Assembly: GCA_048213135.1 (NCBI GenBank)
Contig: PS015186.1
Location: 1-64,000, forward strand
Reading direction: 5' to 3'
Source: Reclinomonas americana ATCC 50394
Taxonomy: Eukaryota
DNA length: 64,000 bases
The notes under the pieces were generated by a model, which saw only the letters and a list, made by a program, of their open reading frames with translations, did no database searches and was not told the origin of the DNA. Every line of letters begins with the position of its first letter. Position 1 is the first letter of the stretch. This document shows positions 48,301 through 62,105 of the stretch, piece by piece. The translations under genes and the position numbers were made by a program.

Positions 48301-48868
48301 GGCTCAACTCTGCCGGCCGTATCCGAAGCACGTGCAAGAGAGCATTTTTGCCAAGGCAATTGAATTCAGAGGGCGACCTGGCGATCGCTGCAAGATCCAA
48401 TGCAGACAAATGCATCGATTGATCACTGGGAGCAAGACGAATTCATGTTCATCTTTCAAAAGGATGCATGCCCGACTGCGATCGAGCACGGAGCGATCGC
48501 GAACAAGTAAGCTTGTGTCCGCTCAATCGACGAACGACCGCATCTCTTACTCACCCACTCTCTTCACACACTCGAATCTCATGGTGCGTTGCCACATACC
48601 CGCTCACCCACCCACGCACAACACATCGCACCACTCGCACACACGCGCCCGACATGCAAACCAACGAGCAGTTGTCGCGATCGATCTTTTGCACCTGTTT
48701 CTTTCCACGCTTGAGCTCGAGACGACTTCGGGTTGCTTGAGGCAGTGCTCCGCCTTGCACCTGCGTTGCCATCTGCTCCTCTCTGTTTCTCCGCCACACT
48801 CGTCTCGTGTCCGCTCAATCGATGATGACGCATCTCTCTCCCTCACTCACACACACAACTCGAATCTC

Positions 48869-49742
48869 ATGGTGCGCTGTCGCCACCCACCACCCACACC
48901 CCCTCACACAGTCACGCACAACACATCGCACCACTCGCACACACGCGCCCGACATGCAAACAATGCTCACTCCCATTCGCACCTTACCAGGCCAAGGTCA
49001 ACAAAACAATCGACATTGTCTCGTGGCTGCTCGTCGTCTACGGCGTCTACATGCTCGTCTACGATGGGTTCTGGCGGGACGCGCAGCAGAGTGTGTCGCG
49101 CATGTGGTCGCAGATGATGGAGAACCCGCTGCTCGGAGGCAGTGTCGAGCACATGCGCGCTGGTGATGCAAAGGGAGCGGCGGGCAAGCAGCATGCCTTG
49201 TGGACGTATGCCATGGGGCATTTCTTGCCAGGTGTGTGAGAGAGGAGAGAGGTTGAGTGGTTCAGGTTGGTTTTCCGCGATGCATTCTATCACGATATAT
49301 CGTGTCTCTCCTTTGCGTTTCTCCGGAGATCCCCCCTCTCATTCTCTTTCTCTCCTCTCACTCTCTCTATCTCTCTCTCCCCTTCTCTCTCTCTCTCAGT
49401 TGCTCGCATCGGAAACAGGCTGTTGTTTCGGCTCTCGCACCCTCTATCTCCCTCTCCTTTCTCTCTTCACTCTTCTCCTCCCCCGCTCCCTCCCTTTGTC
49501 CCTCCCTCCCTCTCTCAGTTGCTGAATCTCCGACAAGTGCTGCTCGCCTATACTCACCTATTGTTGTTTCGGAACAGCTCGTTTGTTTTCTCCCTCTTTC
49601 TCTCCCTCTACCTTCCTTCCTCTGTCTCACTCAATTCCTGCATCTTCGACAAGTGCTTCTCGCCTGTCTCGCATCTCACCTCCCTTTGTTTCGGAAACAG
49701 CTCGTTATTTCGTCTCTCCCACCCTCTTTCTCTATCTCTTCT

Positions 49743-49781
<39 letters not shown>

Positions 49782-51132
49782 CTGCATCTATGACAAGTGG
49801 CGTCACCGAGACACAATTATTCTGCTCGTCGCGCTCCCTCCTTCCTCTCCCCGCCTCTCGCTGTCACCTCCCTCACTGCATCTTGGACAAAGCTTGGATC
49901 GCCATTCATGTCTCCGAGAAACAGTTCGTTTCTCCGGAGGCCTCCTCTCCTGCAAAATCTGAGGCCGTGGCACCACGCTCCACCCTCCTTCCTCTCACTT
50001 GTGTGATACTCTTTGTCGCCACGCTTTCCCCTTCCGCCCTTTGTTCTCATCTCCTCCTCCTTTCCTCCCCACAGGCGTCGTTCTTCAACTCATTGGCGGC
50101 ATCGCGGCGACGTTGATGGCCCGCGAGTGGCGACTCGTGCCGCGCGAAGACCTGCGCGCCCTGTTCACCACCATTATCACGCTGCTCGGCTCGGCGCCGG
50201 TGCTGGCTCCGCTGCACAAGGCGCTGTACGAGGGCACAATGGGCCAGCTGTACTTTGATGTGGATCAGCACTCGAGGTAAGACTGATCATGACGGCGGCG
50301 ACGACGAGAAGAGATGTTGCGCTTGTGTCGCACTCACGGTCGTGCAGGTGGTGGTTGCTGGCCTCGTTTTTGATTTCGGTGTTCACCACGGAGACTTGGT
50401 TCTATTGGGTGCATCGCGCCATGCACACTCCATTCCTGTACAAGGTGCAGCATGCATGGGATGGGAACACTCTTGTAGATATCTAGATCTGCTCTCCTGC
50501 CTCTCCTTCCCCCTCACCACCTCGTTGTTGTCGTCGCTTGCGCAGCACATCCACTCCGTCCACCACTCCTTCAACCCCTCCACGTCGTCCTGCGCCGCTG
50601 CATTCCACCCGCTCGACATTGTCGTCCTCACCATTGGCTCCTTCATCACCGCCTGCGTTATTCCGGTGCACCACGCCGTGCACACTGGTCTGCTGCTAAT
50701 CAACTTGTTTTACTCGATTTACCAGGTGCGTCAGCCACGTTACCGCAAGCAGCACTGGTGCACACTCACTCTTCTTGTGTCTCCAGCACACGGCCGTGCG
50801 CCACGATTACAGCTCGTTCGGCTTTGGCATTTTCTGCGGTGAGCCTTCTTCTTCCTCTCTCCTCCTGCACCCTTTTCTCACTTTCCCCCCCACATGAAGA
50901 CTCCAACCTGCACAACATCCACCACGACTACGGCATGAACGGCCGCAACCTCGGCAGTTTGCTGTGCATCTGGGACCGCCTGTGCGGCACGTACGTGGCG
51001 GAGGTTCCGCCGTGGATCAAGCTGTCGGACCAACTCAGCGTCCAGCCGCGCATGCAAAAGGCCGAAACACCGCGCGGCGAAAACGGCAGCGCCAAGCCGC
51101 GACAGCACAAGAAGGCGGTGAAGGCAGCGTGA
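48869..51132 (+). CDS. Sterol desaturase / fatty acid hydroxylase family (SC5D/ERG3-like)
   Basis: His boxes FYWVHRAMH, HIHSVHH and LHNIHH; AAAFHPLD; NLGSLLCIWDRLCGT. First coding exon is ATG only (atg|gtgcgc), spliced to 48991 (AKVNKTID). Confidence 0.88.
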
Positions 51133-51217
51133 GCAGCCTCTTTCTTTCTCCCTCTATCCCTCGCGCCAGGTTCTCCACGCGCGCGGTGCACAAGTGTACG
51201 ACCACCATTCAATTCAT

Positions 51218-53873
51218 TCAGTGCCGTTCGTTCAGCTCCGACTCGGATAGCACCACCGGTTGCGTGTCGTCCTCCACGACGACAGCCTCCTGCTCCTCGG
51301 TACCCCACCACCTGAAGCGACAAGCGGCAAAAGAGTGAGTCGTTCCGTTTTGTCTCTTTTCTCCCCCTCCCCTCCCCCCTTCCCCTCCCCCGTTCTCCCC
51401 TTTCCACCTCACCTCCTCCTCAGCACATGCACCTCCACCTGGCACCTCCTCGCACACCGATCCGTCGCATCGTGCACCGCATTGCGCCACATGACGTCGA
51501 CATCACGCGAGCCGAGTAACATGTATCGCGTCGGTTTCGGCGGCATCTCAAACAGGTGCGCATTCGCCGTCTGCACGTCGTCGTGGTTGCTGGCCGCCCA
51601 CTGCACGCACGTGTGAGGAGCTGAACTTAGCAAAAGCGCCCCTCTCTCACTCACACACACACACACCTTTCGCATCATTTGCACGCGCGCCACCTTGTGC
51701 AGGTACCGTTGCAGCTGGCGCATGAACTCGTTCCGCTGCCGGCGGTACACGCACCGCACCAGTTCCACGTTGGCCGGACACAGCTCGTCGGCCACAATGG
51801 TCTCGCACAGCAGCTGCATCTCGCGTTTTCGCGTGAGGAAAAACGGATTGGCCGCCGTGTCGTCGTCGGTCGTCACTCGACTCTTCTTCGTCGACGCCTC
51901 CGCGGCCTCCAGCTCTCGCTGTCGCGTCACTCGCACCAGCTTGGCGCGCTGCTGGCCGCTCTGGATCGTCAGGCAGGCCGCCATCTTGCCCAGCGGCGTC
52001 ACCGGGTCCTCGTCGGCGTCTAGCTCCAACAGACGCGTGCGCCGCAACTCGCACTCGCGCGTCCAGTGAAGACGCAGCAGGTCGCACCGAGCGCGGAAGA
52101 CCCTCATCCAGCCGCGCACCGTGTTTTGAATGCGACGCACTGTGAGCAGCAGCAGTGGTGGCCATGATGAGCATGTCGTGCACAATCGAAAGCAGCGGAG
52201 CGCCAAGCAAACCTCGCAGGAGAAAGAGACGAACGGCCGACTGCATGCGCTTCCGCTCGTGCAGCTCGATGAGCATGATGCGAATGACGGTGGTCGCCTT
52301 TCGCTTGCGCTTGACGCGCCGATTGACGGAGAGCCGCAGGGCACACGAATCCACCGTGTGCGCCAGACGACACCAGCGAACGTACCGGCGCATGCGAATG
52401 CGTGGCAAGAACACGCGCTGGAGGAGTTTCACGGCGCGTTCCCTCCGCTGTCGCCACTCGCGAATCGCACGGCTCACCTGTCACAGTGCAGGTTGAGGAA
52501 TCGTCTGCACGCATGAAAGGAAAAGAGAGGTACGAACAGCGAGACGAGTGCTCCATCGTCGTACGCGAGAGAACACGGCGGCCAAGTACATCCTGTGTAA
52601 AGACGAGTGAGCGGACGACGAACAAAACCGAGAGTGGAGGACAAAACAGGAAGGAGATGCGACGCAACCAGTACTGTTGGAAGCAGTGCACCACCGGCAG
52701 CACGTCGCGAATGTACTCCTTGCGTACAATGGCCTGCAGTCGGCAAGCGCAAGCGTGAGTGTACTACTGATACAGGCACGCGCTCGCGACATGATGCAGC
52801 ACACCTCGTCGGTTTTGCGCAAGAGTTTCGACAGCTCACGATCCAGCCGCTCCGCCTCGTGCTCCTCCATGTCATGCACGCGATGCTGCACCGTCTCCAG
52901 CTTGTGCTCCCGTTCCACCTTCTGCTTATCGTCTATCAGAGCCCGAGTCAGAGGAGCGAGCATATCCTTCCGACGCAACTCTCTCTATCAGCTCCTGTGA
53001 CAGCAGGTCGGGCGTGCGGTGGCCAACGGTGGCCTTGTTGTGCGCAACAATGTCGGTGATGCCAACTCGTGCCGCCTCCCACCGCAAGTGTCGCTCGTGC
53101 AAGTATGCCGCTGCGCAGTGGTCGGGGGGAGTGAGTGAGTGTTGAGTGCTTTGAAATCGTAAGAGGCGACGCACCGACACGCTTCTCCAGCATGATGCGG
53201 TCGGCTGGAACCGACTGCAGTTGTGCCAGGCGAATGCGCAGGCGCTCCGCAGCTGGAATACTCCTCCGTATCGGCGCGAGGTGCGCTGCAACACGGCGAG
53301 TGAGTGAGTGAGTGACTGAGCGAACGAGGGAGGGGAAATAAACAGACCAGCATGTGCCGCCTCGCGCGACCGCAGCAGCGATCGCTGTCTCCGCAGGTCT
53401 GTCGCATACACAAGATAAGGCCTCGGTGTCACCATGATTTGTCCTCTAACTCTCTCACCGTCATTCTCGTCTTCGGGATGCAGCGCTGGATCATTGTCGG
53501 CACCGACCCAATGGTCCTCCTTCAGCACACGAAAAATGGCGTCCATCTCGCTGTCGAAAGCCGCGCTGTCAATGTGGTTCGTGCGCGATGGCGACTGCTG
53601 TCGCGTCGGCGGCGAGTCCTGCTGTTGGCGACGGTGTGGCATTTGCTGCGGGGTGATGAAATCGAAACCGGGCGTGCGCGGTCGTGATGAGCGGCGTCCC
53701 TTGACCACACGATTCACCACGGCCATCACATTAGCCACAGCCGCAGCCTCTCCAGTCGGCACTGCTGGTGTTGCTGGGAGCTGCGGCAGTGAACTTGCGC
53801 GTGCATGAGGCGGAGAGGCGAGTGGTGGCGTCGGCGAACCCAGTCGCGGCGGAGTCGACCACGGATTGGCCAT
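51218..53873 (-). CDS. Unknown helical/coiled-coil protein, paralogue A
   Basis: MANPWSTPPRL start; phase-consistent exons; shares blocks with paralogues B and C (LRLSVNRRVKRKR; RARCDLLRLHW; PPKPTRYMLL). Confidence 0.7.
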
Positions 53874-54037
53874 GCGCACCGGTGACGACGGCGTCAGTGT
53901 GGGCAGTGTAGGGAGCGAGCTTCGTCGCTGTGGCTGGTGAGTGGAGGAGAAAGTGAGGGTGGCAAATCAGGAAAAGTGACAGGAAACGCATTCACAAACG
54001 CACAAATGTGGCGGCAATCAAAGGCGGAGTTGTGGGC

Positions 54038-55077
54038 TCATGCAGGGCGCTGTGATACGCTGCTGCAGGTGGAGAGTGTGGCAGCAGGGCGACACTGCCG
54101 CTGCGTGGAGGGCGTGGTGGAGAGCGCTGAGCGGCGGGTGACCGCAGCGCCGGCAGAGCCATCGCGATTGATCGGACAAAAATCGGGGAGGGTGAGTGAG
54201 TCATCGAGCAGCAAGCCGTCTGCGTCAGCTGCTGTCAGAGGCGGACAGTGTTCATGCCAGCTCGAGGTACTGCAGCATGCAACTCTGATGTGCGCGCACG
54301 CACACACACAAGAGACATTTGTGCGCGTGAGGCTCATTGCCCTCCTCCTCCACTGGCCACAGTCTTGCGCGCGTGATGCCGGGGACTGCCACGTTTGATG
54401 ATCATTACAGCGGCGCCTTGTACTTCCCCAGACAGATGTGCTCAGGAGTGTGGAGCATGGACTCCCCCGATGGTGGCAGCTTGCCGTAGTCATACACGCA
54501 TGTGCTCCCATGATAAGACTGCAGCTGCCGCGATAGAACGCTGCTTCTGCGGACGGATGGTGCCTGGAGAGCGCATCGTGGACTCTTCTCCACCTCCGAC
54601 TCACGCTGGTGGCTTGCCGCAGTCTCGCACGCGCGATCTCTCTCTCCGTCACACGCGCAGTGATGCAACTCGAGGCCAGTACACGACAGGTCACTGCTTC
54701 AGCGCGCAGCGACAACTCCTCCACCTCCGACCGACGCTGGCAGCCTGCCGCCGTCTCGCACGCGTGAGCTCTCTCCGTCAACACGATTGCCACGATTTGT
54801 GAGTATCACACCGGCGCTGTCTATTCGTGCAGACAGCTGGCGTCTGCACCGCCTGCACATGTGAACCATTCGTGTGCCTGGGTGGCGGCCCAAGAGAACG
54901 TGATGCCAGCTGCTTCCGGAGCTCAAGGAGCAAGAAACGCATTTGTTTACAGAAACTGACGGCAACTGCTGAGGCATTTTTGGTGGTACTCATCCCTCTG
55001 TCGTCATCGAGAGCAGGTGCGTCCACACATCTGAGCTGCCGCCCCTTTCTTCCTTGCACAACCACTTTCTCTCTCAT
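54038..55077 (-). other. Possible short hypothetical gene
   Basis: ORFs 54778-55077 and 54038-54793 could join via gtgtga...tcag; no recognisable motif; contains a ~66-bp direct repeat. Confidence 0.25.
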
Positions 55078-55139
55078 TGCAGGTGTCACCGCGGTCCATC
55101 ACCCATCAACTAGCGCCGTTTCGCCGAATCCAGACGCAC

Positions 55140-55711
55140 ATGAGCACACGCCGCCGCCCACACACGGCAGGCGCACGGCGACCCTCACCCACACGCACCT
55201 CCTCCTCTCTCTCCTTTGCCACCGCCACCACCACCACCACAACAACCACCACGGTGAGCGCGTGTCCGCGATTCGAACAGCATCGATCCGAACAAACACC
55301 CTCACTCTTCTCACACACACACACACAGCCGACACACTCGCGTCCTGCCTCTGCGCTCTCCGCACCCGGCGCTGCCACACTTCAACGTCGCCCACTGGCC
55401 GCAGCCGCAGTGGCGGGCGCAGATCTGTCCACCAATCGCCTCTTTCTGCGTGTGGCCTCGCAGAGTCGAGTCAGCGGAGGCGCTGTGTCGTCGACGGTCT
55501 TTGACGATGCGTGGTCATCGCTGCTCACCGGTGCGTCGCGTGTTTACATATGAGCGCGTTACACAAGACGCTGTTCGATTGACATGGAAGCGCCACAACA
55601 GCTTCGCGGGCAACCAGTGTGCTGCAGGCACCTCCGCTCGCGCAGACAATGATCACCGGTGCCTCGCCGGCGCTCAACATGACCGCCACTGCAGGGACGG
55701 CCACTGCCTCC

Positions 55712-55744
<33 letters not shown>

Positions 55745-58374
55745 GCGGCGACCACACTGGTCACATCGCCGACTCGCTCACAATCACGATCGCGCACTCG
55801 CCCGCAATCGGCCTCGTCGGTGCTCGATCGCAGGCGGCGATCGGTCAGCGCTGATGCGTCGTCACTAGAGTCGCCTCTTATGCCGTCGTCGCCGAGTCCG
55901 TCGATCAATCTGGAGCGTGTGATTCGAGAGCGCATGGCAGCACTGATGGACCCAGAGCATGAGCGGGAGAAGCGGGAGTTGTTCAAGCGCACCGCCGGCT
56001 ACGTCAAGGAGAAGAAGGATGCGCTGGATCTGTTGAAGAAGGAGGGCAAGTACCATCCGTTGCAGAACAAGCGCACCGCAGGCGAGCCTGGCATCGGCGT
56101 GGAGATACACGAGGAGTTTGCGCAAAAGAGAGTTTCGTGTCTCCTGCAACCTCTGCATCTGCAGCTTGATGTGTGACATCGCCCTTCCCCACTGCGCAGA
56201 AGGAGCTGGCGCTTCGTGCTGAAGAGCGTCGGCTGGCACTGGAGGAGCAGCAGAAGCGTGAGCGGGAGGAGCTGAGGGAGCAGGTGCAGGAAAAGTTGCA
56301 AAAGGCGGACGAGCGTCGTGCTTTCCTGGCCAGTCTGCCGCAGCTGGAGCGTCGTCTCAAGACCTGGCTCTATTTGGTGGAGGTAAGAGGCGCGCAGGGG
56401 GAGAGAGAGATATGGGAGATGCGCCTCTGACTGCGAGTGCTGCTCAGACATTCAACCGTGTGGCGATTTGGTCCGACACACTGGCCGCGCATCGTGAGCT
56501 CGTCTACCGACAGCAGCGTCGCGACAAGGCGGCGCGCACGCTGCAGCTTCGCTTGTGTCCCATGTTGCGTTGTGCAAGAAGGGAAAGAGAAATAGAAGGC
56601 AGACTGAATGAGAGGAGGAGAGGAAACACGGACAGAGATGGAAACAGCGAGGGTATGTGTGAGGAAGCACTTTCATGATTTAATGACGTCGATCGGCAAC
56701 AGCTGTCGACTCCGGTTGCGTCGTCGTCGCCGTCGTCTTGCAGTGGTTCTGGATCGCAACGCACTTCGAATGGCCATTGGTCGTCGCGTGCACCGGAAGC
56801 GGCGCATGCTCGTTCGCATCAAGGAGTACATGTGGGTGCTGGCCGCGCAGCTGGATGTAAGGAACAGGATGCATTTGTTTGCCCAGCGAGGTTTGACTTT
56901 CTGTGTTTCCTGCATTTCTATGCCTCGTGCACCGGTGCTTATTCGACTTGCAGTGCACATGGCACGGAGGGCATTCAACGACTTTGGTGTCTGCCACCGG
57001 CAGCGATGCGAGTTGTTCATGCTGCAGTGGCAGCTGTACATGGGTGCGGCGCTGGCTCGGGCGCAAGTTGCGTGAATGGGAGAGAGAGAGAGAGAGGGGG
57101 GGTGGGGAGGGCGCAGCGTGTTTCTCACTTACTCAACTTTCATCCGCCTCCGTCTTCCCTGTTCTAGAAGCAAAACACGTCATTCACCACACTCCTATAG
57201 TGCGTCAAATGTCCACATATCGCTTTCCTTGTCTCGTCTGTTGTCTCACTAGGTTGGTCTCGCGCTGGCTGTTGTCCTCCTGGTGATCCTCTGTTCCCGC
57301 AATGGCACTTGCCTGTCGAATATCCCTCTTCTTCTGATTCTTTCTTTCGCCCCGTGTCGCTTGCAGCTCGTCTTGAAAATTGCATTGCACCCTGTGACAC
57401 TCTGTCGCACGCTCTACCTTGCCGTGATTTCTTTCCTTTGGATCGTCGTCGTCGGTCTCTTGTCTGTCTCCTCACTCTATAATTGCGCGCAGAAAATTGT
57501 CGAGGCCTCGGACGAGCGGAGACCTCAGTTGCGTCAGTCTCTCTTTCACTCTTTTTTCATTCCTTTTTCTCTCTTTCTTTTTCTCCCTCTCCTTCTCCCT
57601 CTCCCTCCCTCTCCCTTTTTCCCGTCTCACCCTCCCTGCGATGCACTCACTCTTTTTCTCTCCTTCCAGATCGGCGCCGGTTGGTCGGCGGCGAGCGCAT
57701 TCCGTTCAACGACCTGGTCGTCGCCAGCAACAGGTCATGCCACCAGACCTGCTGCGCTTCCGCCACATTCTGCCGGCAATCGCCAAGGAAGATGTGCCAT
57801 TAATGCTCAAGATGAAATCGTTGCGCCGCCGCATCCCAGGCGTTTCCGAGTGGTGGGTGCCCCGTGTCTCACAAAGCTTCGCGCAGAAGCACCGATTTGT
57901 CGCGCACGTACATTTGGCGAGCGGTATGGGCGAGTCGACGAGGTATGTGATGTTGTTTGTGTCACGCCCACCAGCGCTCCAGTGGTTCACACGGATGCGC
58001 GCCAGATTTCTTGACGCAGGGACGACAATATCGTATCGATCTGGCGCAGTGGGAGCGTGAGCGAGCGACGCTGGCCAGCTTGGGTCCGGTAGCACTCGCT
58101 CGATGCACCGCGCCACCAAAGCCACCAGTGCGTCGCACCCTGTTGACTGCCGAGCAACTATTAGAGTTGTGGGAGGTGAGGGTCGACTCGCAGTGTACAC
58201 ATGCATGCATCGCGGATTCCTCACTCTTTCCTGATGCAGCTGTCGTGCGTCCTGTATGGCATCCGTGCACTTGGCGCCAGCATGCCACCATCGTCACCAC
58301 CACCCTCCAAGTCGCCGTCGGCCGCACACTCACGTCGAACGAGTTCCATCAGCACCAGTCAGTCGAGCAAGTGA
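55140..58374 (+). CDS. Unknown helical/coiled-coil protein, paralogue B
   Basis: MSTRRRPHTAG start; RRAFLASLPQLERRLKTWLYL; LRMAIGRRVHRKR; DFGVCHRQRCELFMLQWQLY; PPKPPVRRTLL; TGA at 58372-58374. Confidence 0.72.
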
Positions 58375-58412
58375 AATTACTTCTCGTTACACTCTTCCCC
58401 TGAGCCGCTTTA

Positions 58413-61400
58413 CTACGTTTCACTTGCTGATGTTTGTTTCGAGCGTTTGCAAATGGGGGCCGGCTGCAGTTGTATGCCCATGTCGTCGTCGACCACTGCC
58501 GGCAGGCTGCGCACACTTGATGATGACGACAGTCGGCTGGCGGTCGGTGACATGGGACGTGAGAGGCCATGACCGCTCGCAGTCTGCGGCCGACTCCCCG
58601 AACGTGACGATGGTGTGAGTGCGCGGGAGGTGGCGGAGGTTGGTCTCCGCGCTGATGAAACACGGCTGGTGGCGCTGCTGCTGCTGCTGCCGCCGTCAGC
58701 GTTGGCGGTGCGCGAGTGTGCTCCTCCTCGTGCGGAACTGTTGCTTCGCGACTGCCGCAGCATCACGAGCAGCATGCGGTCGGCGTCCACCCCCAACTCC
58801 GCAGCTGCGTTGCACAGGGCGCTGAACATGCATCCCTGTCGGTGCGCGAGTGTGAGTATCAGCATGAACGTCTGTGTAGTTGTTGTGCGTCGCAACCATA
58901 CCTGGAACATGGCGTGCAACTCGTCCTGTTTCAGCAAGCTGCGGACAATGGGCGCGCGTGGTCGGTTCTCGTCGATCCACGGCTGCACCATGGCTCTGGT
59001 GTTGGCCTGCATCTCCGCATCCGTCACCGCACCACCGCCACCCATCAGCAGCTGCAGTGACATGGACTGCGACCATCGCACCTGTGGAGTTGGGAGAAGG
59101 ATTCTTGTCAACGACTGCGCCCACACATGAACAGAGCAGTGCCAGGCAACTCACCGCGCAATCGCGTTCAAACGCGTCATGCGCCGCCAGGTACTGCCTC
59201 CGTGCTTCGGTGTGCTGCCGGCGTAGTCGACGAACAGCCTCACGCAACTGAAAGCGCACGTCGTCGCCGTCGAGTGCAGCGGAAATGTACGGCCGTAGAA
59301 CATCAAGCGGCGACCGTGTGCCCGCCGCAAAACTGCCCCCGGTCACCGACGAGCTCACCGGTGCGGCGTAGCTGCCACGCGGCGAGTAGGCTTCTGAGTA
59401 TGCTGTGGAAGGGCGACTGTTGTCTGCTGCTGCTGTTGTCGCCGACAATGGTCGCCGACCATTGACTGTCACGGTAAGCAGGAGTCGATGGCTGCTGCCG
59501 CTGGGACTGTCGGTGGAGCCTGCGGGTGGTGTCAGCGGCCGTCTGCTCGAGAATCGCGTCGACTCAGAGCCGCCATCAGTGTCGCGATCGGGAGACGACA
59601 TGATCCGCTGCAGTGCCACCAGCTGTCGGTGCGTCTCCGTCTCCGAGTGAATCATCCGCACAAACTGCTTTGCACTGTAGGCGTTCCACTGCCGAGTGAG
59701 CAGCGACAGGCGTTCGCGTTGGCACAAGACAAAGTCCACAATCACGTCGGTGGCTCGGTGAACTGCGTCGTGTGGTGGTGGTGAGAGGTGGGGAAAACGG
59801 CAGGCGTTGAACCTTCATGACGAAGTATAGACGACGCAACTGTGCATGACGCAGAGGTGTACGCGATGTCGCAGGCGGTTGAACGACGCAAAGATCTCCA
59901 GTGACTCGTAGATGCGAGCAATGGCCAGACGACGGCGGTGAATACGCCGCCCGATAGAGAAGCGGAGAAGGTTGCCGAAACTGTAGTTGGTGAGTGGTGT
60001 GAGGTGGAGCAACAAAAGGAGAAGGGCCATGCATTCAAACAAACAAACCGACACAACACACTGGCGAGACGGCGGCGTTTCTTGTGCATGTAGAATCGCC
60101 ACATTGGCACCACCATGGTGTTGAAGGTGCGCATGGCACGTTGACAGGCTTCCACTTGATCACGCAAGTTGCGCGAGGCCTGCCGATCGCAAGTGCAAGT
60201 GATGAGCTAAATTGTCGACGTCGTGACACCAGTAGAAGAAGCAATGCACGCAACTGCTAAACAGTACCGCATCAGCTGCGATGTGAGCAGAGGAATGAGT
60301 GAGTTTTTTTCCTGCGTGCGTCATTTTGAGCACAGCAGTGGCACAGACCTCGAAGCGTGAGGCCAAAAAGACGAAGGCAAGCCACTTTTGCTGCTGCTTG
60401 CGCAAGCGTGGCAACTCCACCAGCATAAAGTCTCGTCGACGGTCAGCCTGTGAAGACGAGAGTGTGAATGGTGACTACAACTGCTTTGGTGCGTTGCCCT
60501 GCAGATCGAACTCGCTCACCTGCTCGCCCTTCACCGCGAGCTCCTCTCGCAGCTGCTCTGCTGCAATGTGCTTCTCCACGGCATCGTGCTGCCGATGCTC
60601 AGCGGCACTCTCGATACGTGAGCGGAGTGTTTCGTTCTGCAGAGAACAACAGGCGGTCAGTGGTGACACAAAGGGAGCATGCAGATTCATCGCTACACAC
60701 CCTCCGACGAATCTCTTCCTCCACCTGCTCCCGCGACAGCTTGAATGCCTGCTCCCTGTTCTGCTTCACCAGGTTCACTTTCGGTACAGGTTTCGCTTCT
60801 TGACGCTCCTCCAGCGTGGCCTCTGTGTGGCACGACACGGATTGACTACTCGGAAACGCATTCGTCACCAAACAAGAAGCAATCGCAACTCACCCACACG
60901 CATCTCCAGTGCAGCTCTGGCCGCAGCATCGTCCTGCAACGCAAACAACTTTTCCTGTAATCTGCTCCACGCAGAGATGCGTCGCCTCTGACCCGCCTCA
61001 TCCTCCTCCCCCTCCTCCTCTTCGACAAGCATCGAATCGGTGCGGGAATTCGGTGATGACACTCCCCACGGTTTGTACGTCTGCAGCAGTGCCATCCTGG
61101 CCGGTGATCCCGCCATGCTCAGTGCCGCAGTCTCCGACTGTTGAGTCACTGTGTATGTGTGTGTGAGCAGCAGCTGAGCAATCAGAAGAGAGTCCCACTG
61201 TGGCGCCTCGTGACGCAACTCTCGACGTGATGCTGATGCAATATGGTTCCAATGTCACGCGTCAGATCGCTCCACGCCCTCTCGTGATGCGACGGCCCTT
61301 GCGCTTCGTCACGGTGCTGTTGTTGATGGTGGTGATGATGATGGTGATGCTGCGCCGCTGGTGATGCTGTTGGTGACGGAGGCGATGCCACCATGGTCGG

Positions 61401-62105
61401 TCTCCGATTGACCTTGAAGAGTGGACTGGCGGAGAATGGAGACACTGGCGGTGCCGACGACGGTCGCACAGGCGTCGACGACTTGGGCGACGATGACATG
61501 TCCAGAGAGGTCTTCCTTGACGGTCCCGCTGCAGCAACAGCGCCGCCTGCTCCCGACCCGACAGCCGCAGATGCGACGGCCGCGTTCTTGTCCTTTTTCT
61601 TCGAGCGCTTCTTCGGCGACATGGTGCGCACGGATTCGTGCGCACGCGTCAGCAGTGGTGACGATGGCCGCGTGGCCACGAGTTGCCTCGGTCGCGGAGC
61701 CGAGGCCGGTCGTACCAGGCTGCGAACGCCGGTCGGTGAACTGCTAGTCACCTTTGGCGAGTCAGCATCGGCGGTGCCCTCCGCTGCTTCTGCTGCTGCG
61801 GCTGCTGCTGCAGCGGCGATTGCGGCTCGTTGTATTTTCCGCGTCAGCTGCACGTCGATCATTTGCGGCGACAGCTGCAGCGGAGCGCTGCCCGTGGCGT
61901 GGCGCAACCGAGTGGCTCGCAGACGCCATCCGTCAGCCGCGCCAATGTCGCTCGAAATCACCTGTCAGTGAGCGAGAGAGAGAGGCGGTAGTCGACACGG
62001 TCAATCATCTCTTTCGAGAAAAGGGAGTGAGGAGGAGTGGCGAACCGACTGCCGCCTCCGCTTGCCCGGACTGGCATAGAGGGTGGCCAGTGGACTCTTC
62101 AACAT
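58413..62105 (-). CDS. Unknown helical/coiled-coil protein, paralogue C
   Basis: MLKSPLATLY start; RRDFMLVELPRLRKQQQKWLAF; LRFSIGRRIHRRR; DFVLCQRERLSLLTRQWNAY; RPRAPIVRSLL. Confidence 0.72.
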
